A stretch of DNA of 64,000 nucleotides, taken from the NCBI GenBank assembly GCA_039588015.1, contig JBDHAS010000001.1:51476-115475 (forward strand), given 5' to 3'. Origin of the DNA: Gemmatimonadota bacterium (GTDB lineage Bacteria; Gemmatimonadota; Gemmatimonadetes; Palauibacterales; KS3-K002). Below the pieces are notes generated by a model. That model saw only the letters and a list, made by a program, of their open reading frames with translations. It did not search any database and was not told the origin of the DNA. Both the position numbers and the translations under genes were made by a program. Positions 10,078-20,052 of the stretch are shown here, in pieces (position 1 is the first letter of the stretch; the number at the start of each line of letters is the position of its first letter).

Positions 10078-11680
10078 CACCCTTCTCCTCTGCACGACGC
10101 GCCCTGGCTCCGGCATCGGTCGGAGGCATGTCCCTGGTGAACGTGTCGGCCGGAAGCTCCGGCAATTCACCCGGGCGCGCGTACTTCCGCTGCGTGCCGG
10201 CCCGAGAGAGCAAAGCCGCGCCCAGTCCCGACGTCGCGGCAACCCAGGTGAGGATCCAGGCGGACACGATGAGCAGGTCATGTGCCCAGCCAAGCAGGGG
10301 CGCCGCCATCTGTGTGATCGCCGCCCCGGCGAACAGGGCCAGCAGCACGCCGAATCCGTTCAGCACGTAATAGTATGAGTTGGACCGTCGCATCCTGCTT
10401 GGCCACGCGAAGCGGTGGCGCGTCAAGTTCTCGCCGGCCGCGTGCGCTACGCTGATATACCCGAGCAAGCCGAGCAAGATGAAGCCCAGCGCGTAGAAAG
10501 GCACCGCGATGGCCGTAACGATCAGGACAGTCATGACCAGTCCGACGGGCACGAACAGGACTTCGGCCGCTAACCCGGCGAGGAACGAGCGGCCGAAGCT
10601 GTACGACACCGTGTCGCTGACGGTCTCCAGCTGGCCGCGGAAGAAGTAGACTGCCAGCGCGCCCAAGAATCCGAACAACAGATACATCGCGATCGTCTTA
10701 GCCAGCGATCCGAAGCCCATCGCGATGTTATTCGCTATCGATGGAGGTCCGCCACGGACGCGGACGTGCCTAGCGAACGGTGCCACGACGACGGGGGCGA
10801 TGTGGGGTGCCTCGCGCAGTCCGCCTATCACGGTTCCCTCGTTGTGGATGCTGGCGTCGATAGCGACGACCTCGCCGTCGATGCGCCCGGTGGGTGCGAT
10901 CATGAGCGACCCATCCGCGACGATCACATTGCCGGTCACCACCCCTGCCAGCACACCGTCCGTTTCTACGAGTATCAGGGTCTGATCGAGTTCGGCGCCT
11001 TCCGGTAGCACGTATTCGTCGGCCTCGATTACGATGCGCACTGGAGAGTCGATGTCGGTGTTGAGGATTCGAGCCAACTCGGGGGCCAGGCCGATCCGTC
11101 CGAGCGAGCCCGCCAGTCCTTCGAGTTCGCTGAGTTCCACGACCAGGCCACCGGCGACAACCTCATCCAGGGCTTCCAGCTGGGCCGTGGCGGCTGCGGC
11201 CGCGGCGGCAGCCTCGGCGATCGTTGCGGCGATCTCGGTGGCCGCTTCGACCGATTCCTCGGTAGCAACGGTGGCGGCGATTTCGGCCGAACCTTCGACC
11301 AGGAACGGAGCGAGCGCCTCGATGATCGAGACCGCAGCCGCTTCATCGGCCGCCAAATCCGCTCCTGCGAAGCCCGTGAGCGCCGGCTCGAACTCGCCAT
11401 CGGAGGTTCCGCGCAGGAAACTGCGCCAGGCCGACTCGAGCGCGCCGCCGGGCCGGTAAACCCCAGCCTCGCGTCCATCGATCAGGACGGTACCGTCGAT
11501 GAGCCGGATCTGCAGCGACCGGCCGTCGACGAGCTCGAGGTCCAGGCTCGCCTCATCCTCGCTCAGCACGATAGCCGTCTGAACGATTTCATCCACCGTC
11601 TGTGCCGCCTGGCCGACCAGCGGTGCTGGGACAAGCACGCCGGCGAGGACAAGAGCGGCAAGTCGCATCTGCTTAAGCAT
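10067..11680 (-). CDS. Hypothetical secreted/polytopic membrane protein with an Ala-rich linker and bactofilin-like beta-helical repeats
   Basis: Signal peptide; Ala-rich low-complexity tract; VLAGVVTGNVIVADGSLMIAPTGRIDGEVVAIDASIHNEGTVIGG resembles bactofilin/DUF583 repeats; 4-5 hydrophobic helices at the C-terminus. Translationally coupled to the anti-sigma gene. Confidence 0.5.
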   Translation of the reverse strand: MLKQMRLAALVLAGVLVPAPLVGQAAQTVDEIVQTAIVLSEDEASLDLELVDGRSLQIRLIDGTVLIDGREAGVYRPGGALESAWRSFLRGTSDGEFEPALTGFAGADLAADEAAAVSIIEALAPFLVEGSAEIAATVATEESVEAATEIAATIAEAAAAAAAATAQLEALDEVVAGGLVVELSELEGLAGSLGRIGLAPELARILNTDIDSPVRIVIEADEYVLPEGAELDQTLILVETDGVLAGVVTGNVIVADGSLMIAPTGRIDGEVVAIDASIHNEGTVIGGLREAPHIAPVVVAPFARHVRVRGGPPSIANNIAMGFGSLAKTIAMYLLFGFLGALAVYFFRGQLETVSDTVSYSFGRSFLAGLAAEVLFVPVGLVMTVLIVTAIAVPFYALGFILLGLLGYISVAHAAGENLTRHRFAWPSRMRRSNSYYYVLNGFGVLLALFAGAAITQMAAPLLGWAHDLLIVSAWILTWVAATSGLGAALLSRAGTQRKYARPGELPELPADTFTRDMPPTDAGARARRAEEKGDEI

Positions 11681-12299
11681 GTGCGTCCACCCTCGGAGGT
11701 TGATAGCCGACCACGCGATGGAGCGTCCAAATCGCGAGTGCCGACAACGCCGTCATAAGGGCCAGGGCGCCCGCAACACCCAACCCGGGGACCGTATTAC
11801 CCATCTCTGACCACCAATCAGCGAGGCCGCTGAGGTGTAGGTAAGCCACAGCCCTGATCACAGCCGCCACGACCTGCTCCTTGGCGTAGCCGAAGAACCG
11901 GCCGAGCAGCATCGCTAGCGGCACATCCACCGTCTTCTGTACCCAGGCGGCTGCACCGACCACGCTCAACGTCCAGGCGCCGATGACGGCGGCCGCCAGG
12001 CGCGGAGCCCTGTGCGCCAGCCTCACCACCAGGGCGGGTGCCGGTGCAGTTGCGCGGGCCGGGAGCCGTACCCGCTCCATGACACTGTCATCGAAGGAGG
12101 CGGAGGGTTCGACGCCACGCAGCGAGGCGAGGTTCAGAAGAAACCCCCGCCACTCAGCTCCCTGTGTCCGGCAAGCCGGACAAGCCTTCAGGTGGCTGTC
12201 GATCGCCTGGAGTTCGTGGGCCTCGGCTTCACCAGCCGCCCACATCTCCAAGGCCAGCTCGGAGAGATGTCCGTTAGAATCCCAAGTTTTCATTTTCAC
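11673..12299 (-). CDS. Anti-sigma factor, zf-HC2 (putative zinc-finger) type, single TM
   Basis: HLKACPACRTQ zinc-finger motif near the N-terminus and a central hydrophobic helix. Sits immediately downstream of the ECF sigma gene. Confidence 0.7.
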   Translation of the reverse strand: MKMKTWDSNGHLSELALEMWAAGEAEAHELQAIDSHLKACPACRTQGAEWRGFLLNLASLRGVEPSASFDDSVMERVRLPARATAPAPALVVRLAHRAPRLAAAVIGAWTLSVVGAAAWVQKTVDVPLAMLLGRFFGYAKEQVVAAVIRAVAYLHLSGLADWWSEMGNTVPGLGVAGALALMTALSALAIWTLHRVVGYQPPRVDAHA

Positions 12300-12362
12300 C
12301 TGCCCGCTGTACCCCCTTACGAGCCTCCCCCCTTCCAGGTTTCATGGCGACAGACGGCCGGT

Positions 12363-12989
12363 TCACGGCTCTTCCCGCAGGTGGGCCAGCGCCTCCCGCA
12401 GCTCCGCTCGTGCCCTGTGGAGGAACGTCTTCACGGTACCGATCGGCACCTCCATGATCTCGGCGATCTCCTCGTAGGGCCGGTTCTCGATGTGGCGGAG
12501 GATGACCGCGGTTCGATAGTCCGACCGCAGCTGGGCGATGGCCTCCTCTATCTCGGAACCGAGCTCCAACGCGAGCATTTCCTGCTCCGGCGACTCGTCG
12601 TGGGACTCGAGCACTATTCGGGTCTCCTCCTCACGTTCCGCGTTGGCGGCGTGGGGTGAGCCGTGGATCGAGACGGTGGCGAGCCGTGCGCGTCGCAGAT
12701 GGTCGATCGCGTGGTTATTGGCGATCTTGAAAAGCCAGGACGAGAAGCGGTAGTTCGGGTTGTAGCTGTCCAGGTTGTTGAAGGCTTTGACAAAGGACTC
12801 CTGAGCCAGGTCTTCAGCCTGCTCCCGGTCGCCGATCATCCTGTAGACGAGCGAAAAGACGGGGCGGCGGAAGCGCTCCAACAGCTCCCGGAAGGCGGGC
12901 TCGTCCCCCTCGAGCGCCCGGGCCACCAGCTCCTTGTCATCGACGGGCTGGACGACTCCAGTCTCCTGAGGGTGTTGGACCGACCCCAT
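12363..12989 (-). CDS. ECF (sigma-70 family, group IV) RNA polymerase sigma factor
   Basis: Region 2 (FVKAFNNLDSYNPNYRFSSWLFKIANNHAIDHLRR) and region 4 (YEEIAEIMEVPIGTVKTFLHRARAELR). I prefer the ATG at 12989 over the TTG at 13046, which would leave only 17 bp to the divergent gene. Confidence 0.8.
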   Translation of the reverse strand: MGSVQHPQETGVVQPVDDKELVARALEGDEPAFRELLERFRRPVFSLVYRMIGDREQAEDLAQESFVKAFNNLDSYNPNYRFSSWLFKIANNHAIDHLRRARLATVSIHGSPHAANAEREEETRIVLESHDESPEQEMLALELGSEIEEAIAQLRSDYRTAVILRHIENRPYEEIAEIMEVPIGTVKTFLHRARAELREALAHLREEP

Positions 12990-13063
12990 CTTGCGGCTTG
13001 GCGGCTGGTCCCTACTCACCGGGTTGCCGCGGACAGTCCGCTCCAATATGTTCGCCGCCGATC

Positions 13064-13846
13064 ATGACCACCCCCCAGCGGCAATCCCCCACTCCCCTGG
13101 AGATCGACTCGGCGCGTGCGCGTGCCCGAGCGGTTCGTGAGATGTTTTCGGCTATCGCGCCGCGTTATGATATGCTCAATCATCTTCTCAGCCTCAACGT
13201 CGACCGGCGGTGGCGTCACCTGGCCGTTGATCGCTTGGCCTGGGATACCCGGCCGGCCGGCCGCTACATCGACGTCTGCGCGGGTACACACGACTTGGCG
13301 CTGGAGCTCGCGCGCCGGCCTGCATTCGCAGGAAACATCGTTGCAGTCGACTTCTCCCTGTCGATGCTCCGCCAGGGAATCTCGAAGATCGAAGGAAGAC
13401 CTATCGCTCCCGTGTGCGGTGACGCCCTCCAGTTGCCGCTCCCGTCGGAGCGCTTCGACGGCGCCATGGTCGCCTTCGGAATCCGCAATCTCGCAGATGT
13501 CGACGCCGGTCTGCGCGAGATTCTACGGCTGCTCAGCCCCGGTGCCCGGCTCGTGATCCTCGACTTCGCCATGCCCACGAGGCCGCTGTTCAGGAGGCTG
13601 TACCGTCTCTATTTTACCCGAGTTCTACCGTTCATCGGGCGGCTAATCTCAAAACATAGCTTCGCCTACAATTACCTACCAGAGTCGGTGCTGGAATTCT
13701 CGAACCCCGCCGAGCTGAGTACTCGCATGATCGCGGCGGGATTCACCGACGTGCAGTGGAAGCTGATCACAGGGGGGGCTGTCTGTATCTGGTGGGGAGT
13801 GCGGGCCGCGCTCGAACCGAATGGAGTTGAGGATGGCCTACGATAA
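13064..13846 (+). CDS. ubiE: Demethylmenaquinone/ubiquinone C-methyltransferase (UbiE/MenG family)
   Basis: MFSAIAPRYDMLNHLLSLNVDRRWR; SAM motif I DVCAGTHDLA; GIRNLADVDAGLREILRLLSPGARLVILDF. Confidence 0.85.
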   Translation: MTTPQRQSPTPLEIDSARARARAVREMFSAIAPRYDMLNHLLSLNVDRRWRHLAVDRLAWDTRPAGRYIDVCAGTHDLALELARRPAFAGNIVAVDFSLSMLRQGISKIEGRPIAPVCGDALQLPLPSERFDGAMVAFGIRNLADVDAGLREILRLLSPGARLVILDFAMPTRPLFRRLYRLYFTRVLPFIGRLISKHSFAYNYLPESVLEFSNPAELSTRMIAAGFTDVQWKLITGGAVCIWWGVRAALEPNGVEDGLR

Positions 13847-15323
13847 TCTGGGGCAATTCGTCAACGCACTCGCGGAGGCGGGCGAGTTGGTGCGTGTGGC
13901 CGAGCCGGTATCGGTAGACCGAGAGATCACCGAGATCGCCGATCGCTGCATGAAGAGTCCCGGCGGCGGCCCTGCGCTGATCTTCGAAGAGGTGCTCTTG
14001 TTGAACGGAGAGCGAAGCGAGTACCCGGTGGTGATAAACCTCTTCGGCAGCTACCGGCGGATGGCGATGGCTCTGGGAGTGGAGGAGCTGGACTCGATTG
14101 GTCGTCGCATCGATGAGATGTTCAAGATGCAGGTGCCGGACAGCTTGATGGACAAGATCGCCATGTTACCGAAACTGGCGGAACTGTCCAAGTATCCTCC
14201 GCGCAGCTTCCGTGGCCCGCCGCCTTGCCAGCAGGTAGCTGTGAGCGGCGATGACGTGGACATCACGCGAATCCCACACCTGAAATGCTGGCCCGAAGAC
14301 GGCGGGGCCTACGTCACGCTTCCGCTCGTCATCACGCGTCACCCGGCCACGGGGATTTTGAATGCAGGGACCTACCGGATCCAGATTCTCGACGAGCGTC
14401 GAATGGCTATGCACTGGCAACGGCACAAGGTCGGAGCGGCGCACTGGCGCGAGATGGCAGAGCGGGGCGAGCGAATGCCGGTGGTGGTGGCTCTTGGGGC
14501 CGATCCGGCGACGATGTACGCGGGCACTGCCCCTCTTCCACCGCAGGTGGATGAGTTCGTTTTCGCGGGCTTCTTGCGCTCATCACCCGTGCGACTGGCC
14601 CGCGCCGTCACGAGTGATCTGCCCGTCCCCGCCGAGTCGGAGGTCGTGATCGAGGGTTACATCGATCCTGCCGAGGAACTGGTGCTCGAGGGCCCGTTCG
14701 GCGATCACACCGGTTTCTATTCCTTGGCCGACTACTATCCCTGCGTGCACGTCGAGACGGTCACCTACCGCAAGGGCGCGATGTATCCGGCCACGATAGT
14801 CGGTCGGCCGCCGATGGAAGACTACTATTTGGGCCATGCCACAGAGCGAATCTTTCTGCCGCTGCTGCGGCTGACGACTCCCGAAATCGTCGACTACCAT
14901 ATGCCGGCGGAGGGGATCTTCCATAACCTCGTGTTCGTGAGCATCGACAAACAGTACCCCGGGCAGGCCTGGAAGGTGATCAACGGCCTGTGGGGCCAGG
15001 GGCTGATGTCGCTGGCGAAGGTGATCGTCGTAGTGGACAAGGATACCGATGTGCACAACGCGGAAGAAGCCTGGTGGGTCGCTCTCAACAACATTGACCC
15101 CGAGCGTGACGTCCGCTTCAGCATGGGCCCCGTCGATGTGCTTGACCACTCAGCCCGTGCCTTCACATACGGCAGCAAGATGGGCATCGATGCGACCAAG
15201 AAATGGCCTGAAGAGGGGTTCGACCGCGCGTGGCCGGACAAGATCGTGATGGATCCGTCCACCAGGCAGCGGATAGATGAAATCTGGCCGCGGCTCGGCA
15301 TCGACTTGACGGAAGGCCGCTGA
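13833..15323 (+). CDS. UbiD-family (de)carboxylase (prenylated-FMN dependent; UbiD/MqnM-like)
   Basis: N-terminus [36 protein letters not shown] is a UbiD hallmark. About 497 aa. GGAG SD before the ATG at 13833. Confidence 0.8.
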   Translation: MAYDNLGQFVNALAEAGELVRVAEPVSVDREITEIADRCMKSPGGGPALIFEEVLLLNGERSEYPVVINLFGSYRRMAMALGVEELDSIGRRIDEMFKMQVPDSLMDKIAMLPKLAELSKYPPRSFRGPPPCQQVAVSGDDVDITRIPHLKCWPEDGGAYVTLPLVITRHPATGILNAGTYRIQILDERRMAMHWQRHKVGAAHWREMAERGERMPVVVALGADPATMYAGTAPLPPQVDEFVFAGFLRSSPVRLARAVTSDLPVPAESEVVIEGYIDPAEELVLEGPFGDHTGFYSLADYYPCVHVETVTYRKGAMYPATIVGRPPMEDYYLGHATERIFLPLLRLTTPEIVDYHMPAEGIFHNLVFVSIDKQYPGQAWKVINGLWGQGLMSLAKVIVVVDKDTDVHNAEEAWWVALNNIDPERDVRFSMGPVDVLDHSARAFTYGSKMGIDATKKWPEEGFDRAWPDKIVMDPSTRQRIDEIWPRLGIDLTEGR

Positions 15324-15409
15324 CCTGCCAAGTTGTTGTCAGCGAAGTTCTTACCTACTCCCCCACCAATAAGCCGGCTTGGTCCATTCGCGACGTTTGG
15401 AGGGCACCA

Positions 15410-17473
15410 GTGGCTGAATCCAGCTGGTTGGCCGTCGATCTGCGTCGTCTTCTCTTCGGGGTCGTCGGCGGTATTCTGATCATCGTAATCTTCGCGTTCG
15501 CCGCGTTGGCTTGGGGTTCCGCGGAACGGCTCGTGGAGCCGACGGTGGAACGGCAGCTTGTCGAACGGAGCAGTTCGGCAGCATCGGTCATCGAGGGGTT
15601 CATCGAGAGCGCGAGCACTGAGGCGAAGTTGCTGGCCATGTCGCCAGCGGTACTGGCCGCTGTCGTCGACGGTTCGACCGTCGCGGGTCGATACCTGGAG
15701 GATGCCGCGGTCCACTCGCCTTTCGATCTCATCATCGTCACCGACGGGGACGGTCGGGTTGTCGCTTCCAGTGGCCCGGTCGCCGAAATAGAACCGAGCG
15801 AAGAAGCCTGGTGGCGTTCTGCCTTCGAGGGCGACGGCGGTCCGTCGGAAGTCATCGCGGATGGTTCGACCGGCTCGGCGGCGCTGCCGGTGGCCTTCGC
15901 GGTGGAGGACGGAACCGGAACACCGGTTGGTGTGTTGAGCGCCGTTCTGGATCTCAGGAGTATCCAGTATACCCTGGCCGGCATTGCCCGAGGTTGGGGG
16001 TACGTCCAGCTGATCGACGAAAGAGGCCGCTTGATCAGCGATCCACATCCGGAACACCTTCTCGAGCGTCACCCGGACGAGGCTACGCTGGTCCCCGGCC
16101 ATCTCGTACGTGCGGCAGGGCAGGACGGGCAGCCGATCGTCGGCATGGTGCGGACGCTCCTGGATGGCCGGTGGCGCACCGTCTATTGGGTGCGAGAGGA
16201 CCAGGCCTACGCGCTACTGCATGCTGCCCGAAGAGCGGTTGGGTTCGGCCTGCTCATCGCGTTGCTTACGGCGATAGTGGGGATCATCGTCGCCGGTAGC
16301 TGGGTGTCGCGAGAGATCGGCCGGCCTGTGAGAATGGTGGCTGAAGCGACGGATCGGGTTGGAGGTGGCGACCTCCGGATCAGCGTGAAGAGAGTCGGGA
16401 AGGGAGAAGTCCGTAAGCTGTGCGAAGCCGTACAGCAGATGGTCGATCGCTTGCGAGAGCTCGTGAGCTCGTTGCGCGAGGCGAGTTATCACACTCAGTC
16501 GCGGAGCCAGGAAATCGCCGGCGCGGTCGGACAGCTATCGTCGGGGACGGAAGAGATGACCGGCACGCTGTCGCGGCTCACATCCGAGGCTTCGAACCAC
16601 TCGGATACCATCAAGGAAGTCAGCGCGCGCATGGACTCGCTGGGCGCGGCGGCGCGTGATCTAGCAAACGGGGCGGAGATCGCGACCCAACGAAGCCGCG
16701 AGTTGCGCAGCATCGCCGAGAAGAGTCGCGAACGCCTCGCCGAGAGCAACACGCAGGCCGGCCAAATGTCCGAGCGCTCCGAGTTGGCGACCTCGCGACT
16801 GCTGGAGTTCATGAACGCGTCGCGCCAGTTCGGCGAGTTCGTCGATCTCATCAAGCAGTTTGCGCGTCGCACAAACCTTCTGGCGCTGAATGCGGCTATC
16901 GAGGCCGCTCGCGCCGGCGCGGAAACGAGAGGCTTCGCCGTACTGGCGGAGGAGATCAGGAAATTGGCGAACCAGGCGGGCGCCGCGGCCGAGCGGGCAG
17001 AGGAGACCACGGACGCCGTGCTCGGCCAGTTGGAGACGGCCCGTCTGGCGGTGGAGGAGACTCGCGAGGCCACGCAGGCGATTGGAGCGGTCGTGGAATC
17101 GCTCGATGAGAGCTTTGGCCACGTGACCCGGGCCATGGGCGAAACCGAAGGCTGGGCGGACCGCGTTGCGGAAGTGAGCGCCGACGTGGACGGGAGCGTA
17201 CGAAGTACGGCGGGCCAACTCGCTGCCGTCGTGACGGGATTCGCCGACTTCGCCGCCGCGATGGAACAATTGGCCGCCGGGATGGAAGAGCAGAACGCGT
17301 CGACCGAGGAGATCGCCGGGGCCGTAAACGCTCTCAACACCTCGGCCTGGGAGCTGGCCGGCCTCGCCGATGTCTTCGTCATCGACCTCGAACCGCAAGC
17401 GCGTGGTCAGGAAAGCCACCCCGAGAAACCGACGGAAGAGCGCGAGCTCGCCGATGTCGCCGCCGCCGGGTGA
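15410..17473 (+). CDS. Methyl-accepting chemotaxis protein (TM, periplasmic sensor domain, HAMP, MCP signalling domain)
   Basis: Highly conserved MCP tip [38 protein letters not shown]-terminal TM plus about 250-aa periplasmic region plus second TM and HAMP. GTG start with GGAGGG SD. Confidence 0.85.
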   Translation: MAESSWLAVDLRRLLFGVVGGILIIVIFAFAALAWGSAERLVEPTVERQLVERSSSAASVIEGFIESASTEAKLLAMSPAVLAAVVDGSTVAGRYLEDAAVHSPFDLIIVTDGDGRVVASSGPVAEIEPSEEAWWRSAFEGDGGPSEVIADGSTGSAALPVAFAVEDGTGTPVGVLSAVLDLRSIQYTLAGIARGWGYVQLIDERGRLISDPHPEHLLERHPDEATLVPGHLVRAAGQDGQPIVGMVRTLLDGRWRTVYWVREDQAYALLHAARRAVGFGLLIALLTAIVGIIVAGSWVSREIGRPVRMVAEATDRVGGGDLRISVKRVGKGEVRKLCEAVQQMVDRLRELVSSLREASYHTQSRSQEIAGAVGQLSSGTEEMTGTLSRLTSEASNHSDTIKEVSARMDSLGAAARDLANGAEIATQRSRELRSIAEKSRERLAESNTQAGQMSERSELATSRLLEFMNASRQFGEFVDLIKQFARRTNLLALNAAIEAARAGAETRGFAVLAEEIRKLANQAGAAAERAEETTDAVLGQLETARLAVEETREATQAIGAVVESLDESFGHVTRAMGETEGWADRVAEVSADVDGSVRSTAGQLAAVVTGFADFAAAMEQLAAGMEEQNASTEEIAGAVNALNTSAWELAGLADVFVIDLEPQARGQESHPEKPTEERELADVAAAG

Positions 17474-18017
17474 TGCCACGCCGTCTCGCGCGAGCGTGGC
17501 CGGGCTGAAGTCCCGCGCGGTAGGGCGCTCCCGCGCTCGCCCGCCCTTCGCGACGGCGTTGGCGTGGGGCACCGTTGTGGCGTTCGTCACGGGCGTGCTG
17601 GCTGGCATCCTTCGAATTTGGCTGTGGCTGCTAGCACTGGAGCCTTTGGCGATGGGGGTGATCATCGGTGAAGCCACGGCATCTCCCTCATCTGTGCGGC
17701 ATCGGCGGCCTCCACGGTGGAGCTACCTGTACGTATTTCTGCTTGCTTGCTCCTCTTATCTTCTGGTGCATGTCTCTCATTGGCTCGCGGCCGACGGTTT
17801 CACGCCCACGCGCTCGTTCCTCGAGTTCCTTAGTACCGCGCCCTCTTCGACGGCCGCTCCTTTCTTCCAGGGCGTCGACCTCGCCAGGCAGATCTCATTG
17901 GCGACAGGCGGCGCGACCGCCCTCAAGTACTGGCTATGGGCGGCCGAGGGCCTGCTGATGGGCTCGGCGGCCGTGTTGGCCTTCCGGATCAGCTCCATCC
18001 GGCGGCTGAAGACCTGA
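17454..18017 (+). CDS. Hypothetical small membrane protein (about 3 TM)
   Basis: Hydrophobic helices only; start chosen at the in-frame ATG 17454. No family recognised. Confidence 0.3.
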   Translation: MSPPPGDATPSRASVAGLKSRAVGRSRARPPFATALAWGTVVAFVTGVLAGILRIWLWLLALEPLAMGVIIGEATASPSSVRHRRPPRWSYLYVFLLACSSYLLVHVSHWLAADGFTPTRSFLEFLSTAPSSTAAPFFQGVDLARQISLATGGATALKYWLWAAEGLLMGSAAVLAFRISSIRRLKT

Positions 18018-18091
18018 CCGGTTGGCAGCAGGGCTCGGCTCGCTTAGACTAGGCGGTCGTCCAAGCAACCGTAACCTCGGAATCAGAGAGC

Positions 18092-18985
18092 GTGAGCGAG
18101 CCACAGACCTTACAGGGCACGAGCCGCCTTGTCCTCTACAGCAATCTGGTGCGACTACCGCACACGGCGTTTGCGCTGCCGTTCGCCCTCGTCGGTGTGG
18201 CGCTGGCCTCGTTTCGGTATTCGGTGAGCGTCTCGCAGCTGGTTTGGATCGTCGTCGCGTTCACGGCGGCTCGTTTCGCGGCGATGGCGCACAACCGGGT
18301 CGCGGACCGTGAATTGGATGCTCGCAACCCTCGCACGGCGCGCCGCGAGATACCGGCGGGCCACCTATCCGTGCGGGAAGCGAAGATCTCGGTTGTCATC
18401 GCCAGTGCCGTCCTCCTGGTCGCTGCCGGAATGCTGAACAAGCTGGTACTGGCGCTCGCGCCCGTCGCGCTCATCTGGCTTCTGACCTACAGCTACTTGA
18501 AGCGAGTCACGACATGGACGCATCTGGCTCTCGGAATCGCGGATGGAATCGCGCCTGCCGCGGCGTACCTGGCGATATCCGGCCGGTGGAGCGATCCCTG
18601 GTACCTTCTGCCGCTGCTGGCTCTCGGTGTGGGCTTCTGGGTCGGTGGGTTTGATATCCTCTACGCGCTCCAAGATGCCGAGTTCGATCGGAAGGAGGGG
18701 CTGTACTCGTTACCGGCGCGTTACGGGACGCGAGCGGGGATCTGGGCGGCGCGCGCGTATCAGGCGCTGGCGGTTGTCTGCCTGCTGTTGGCCGGACTCG
18801 TTTTCGCGGACGCCGGGGCGCTGTACTACATCGGTGTAGCTGTCACAGCTGGCCTCCTCATCTACGAGCATTCGCTGGTCGGGCCGAACGACTTGTCTCG
18901 ACTCAACGTGGCTTTCTTCAACGTCAACGCGATAATCTCTGCCCTCTTCTGCGGGTTCGTACTGCTCGACAGGTTGGTCTCATGA
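18092..18985 (+). CDS. UbiA-family aromatic prenyltransferase (4-hydroxybenzoate polyprenyltransferase/MqnP-like)
   Basis: Asp-rich regions and AMAHNRVADRELDARNPRTARREIPAGHLS (UbiA motif NDxxDxxxD variant). Polytopic. Confidence 0.8.
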   Translation: MSEPQTLQGTSRLVLYSNLVRLPHTAFALPFALVGVALASFRYSVSVSQLVWIVVAFTAARFAAMAHNRVADRELDARNPRTARREIPAGHLSVREAKISVVIASAVLLVAAGMLNKLVLALAPVALIWLLTYSYLKRVTTWTHLALGIADGIAPAAAYLAISGRWSDPWYLLPLLALGVGFWVGGFDILYALQDAEFDRKEGLYSLPARYGTRAGIWAARAYQALAVVCLLLAGLVFADAGALYYIGVAVTAGLLIYEHSLVGPNDLSRLNVAFFNVNAIISALFCGFVLLDRLVS

Positions 18986-19566
18986 ATCGCCCCCTTGTTC
19001 TTGGAGTTACCGGCGCCTCAGGCGCGCCCTACGCGATCCGATTGATCGAGACGATCGTCGAACTGCAGGTGCCGACGTACCTCATCGTTTCTAGCCATGG
19101 CTGGCGTCTGCTTCGACACGAGGCCGGTATCAAGAACGAGGAACAGCTCAGAGCCCACGTCACGGGCGATTGGGGCCGTGTAGAGATCTTCGACAACTCG
19201 GATCGGGGTGCCTTGCCGGCATCCGGCTCGGTCATCACTCGCGGGATGACCGTGTGCCCTTGCTCGATGGGAACACTGGCGGCGATCTCGCACGGCAACT
19301 CCCGATCGCTGATCGAGAGAGCGGCGGACGTGACTCTCAAGGAGCGGCGGCCGCTAGTCTTGGTGCCTAGGGAGACGCCGCTATCGGAGGTCCATCTCCG
19401 AAACATGCTCGGTGTAACCCGCGCCGGTGCGGTGGTGATGCCGGCTGCGCCCGGCTTCTATAGCCGACCGCAGAAGGTGGAGGAATTGGTGGACTTCATC
19501 GTCGCGCGCGTGCTCGACCACCTGGATGTCCCTCACGAGCTCGGAAGGCGCTGGAGCGGCGAGTGA
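18982..19566 (+). CDS. ubiX: Flavin prenyltransferase UbiX/Pad1 family (prFMN synthase)
   Basis: LVLGVTGASGAPYAIRLIE...CPCSMGTLAAISHGNSRSLIERAADVTLKERRPLVLVPRETP. ATGA overlap with the upstream gene. Confidence 0.85.
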   Translation: MNRPLVLGVTGASGAPYAIRLIETIVELQVPTYLIVSSHGWRLLRHEAGIKNEEQLRAHVTGDWGRVEIFDNSDRGALPASGSVITRGMTVCPCSMGTLAAISHGNSRSLIERAADVTLKERRPLVLVPRETPLSEVHLRNMLGVTRAGAVVMPAAPGFYSRPQKVEELVDFIVARVLDHLDVPHELGRRWSGE

Positions 19567-20048
19567 GCGAGAGGCTTCGCATCGGGCTCGTATCCGACAC
19601 GCATGGTCTTCTTCGCAACGAAATCTACGCCGCGTTCGATGGGGTGGACGAGATCTTCCATGCCGGAGACGTCGGGGATCCGTCTATCCTGACGGAGCTC
19701 GAGGTGATCGCGCCCGTCCAGGCGGTCTACGGAAACGTGGATGGCTGGGATTTACGCGAACACTTGCCTGAGACGGTGGAGGTGGAGCGTCTTGGCCACC
19801 GGATCGCAGTGGTCCATGGCCACCAATGGGGATCGCCGCGTGCTGAGGATCTGGTCGATGCATATCCCGACTTCAGCGTGATCATATACGGCCACACCCA
19901 CCAACCGCTGGTGGAGGCGGGATCGGGAGTACTGGTGGTGAATCCGGGGAGTGCCGGGCAACGACGGTTCGGTAAACCTGTCTCGGCTGGGTTGCTGGCG
20001 CTCGAGCGCGGCCGGCCGCCCGTGGCGAAGCTGGTCGATCTGTTGTAA
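19563..20048 (+). CDS. YfcE/MJ0936-family metallophosphoesterase
   Basis: GLVSDTHG...HAGDVGD...GNVD...VHGHQ...YGHTHQP metallophosphatase motifs. Confidence 0.8.
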   Translation: MSERLRIGLVSDTHGLLRNEIYAAFDGVDEIFHAGDVGDPSILTELEVIAPVQAVYGNVDGWDLREHLPETVEVERLGHRIAVVHGHQWGSPRAEDLVDAYPDFSVIIYGHTHQPLVEAGSGVLVVNPGSAGQRRFGKPVSAGLLALERGRPPVAKLVDLL

Positions 20049-20052
20049 CGGA

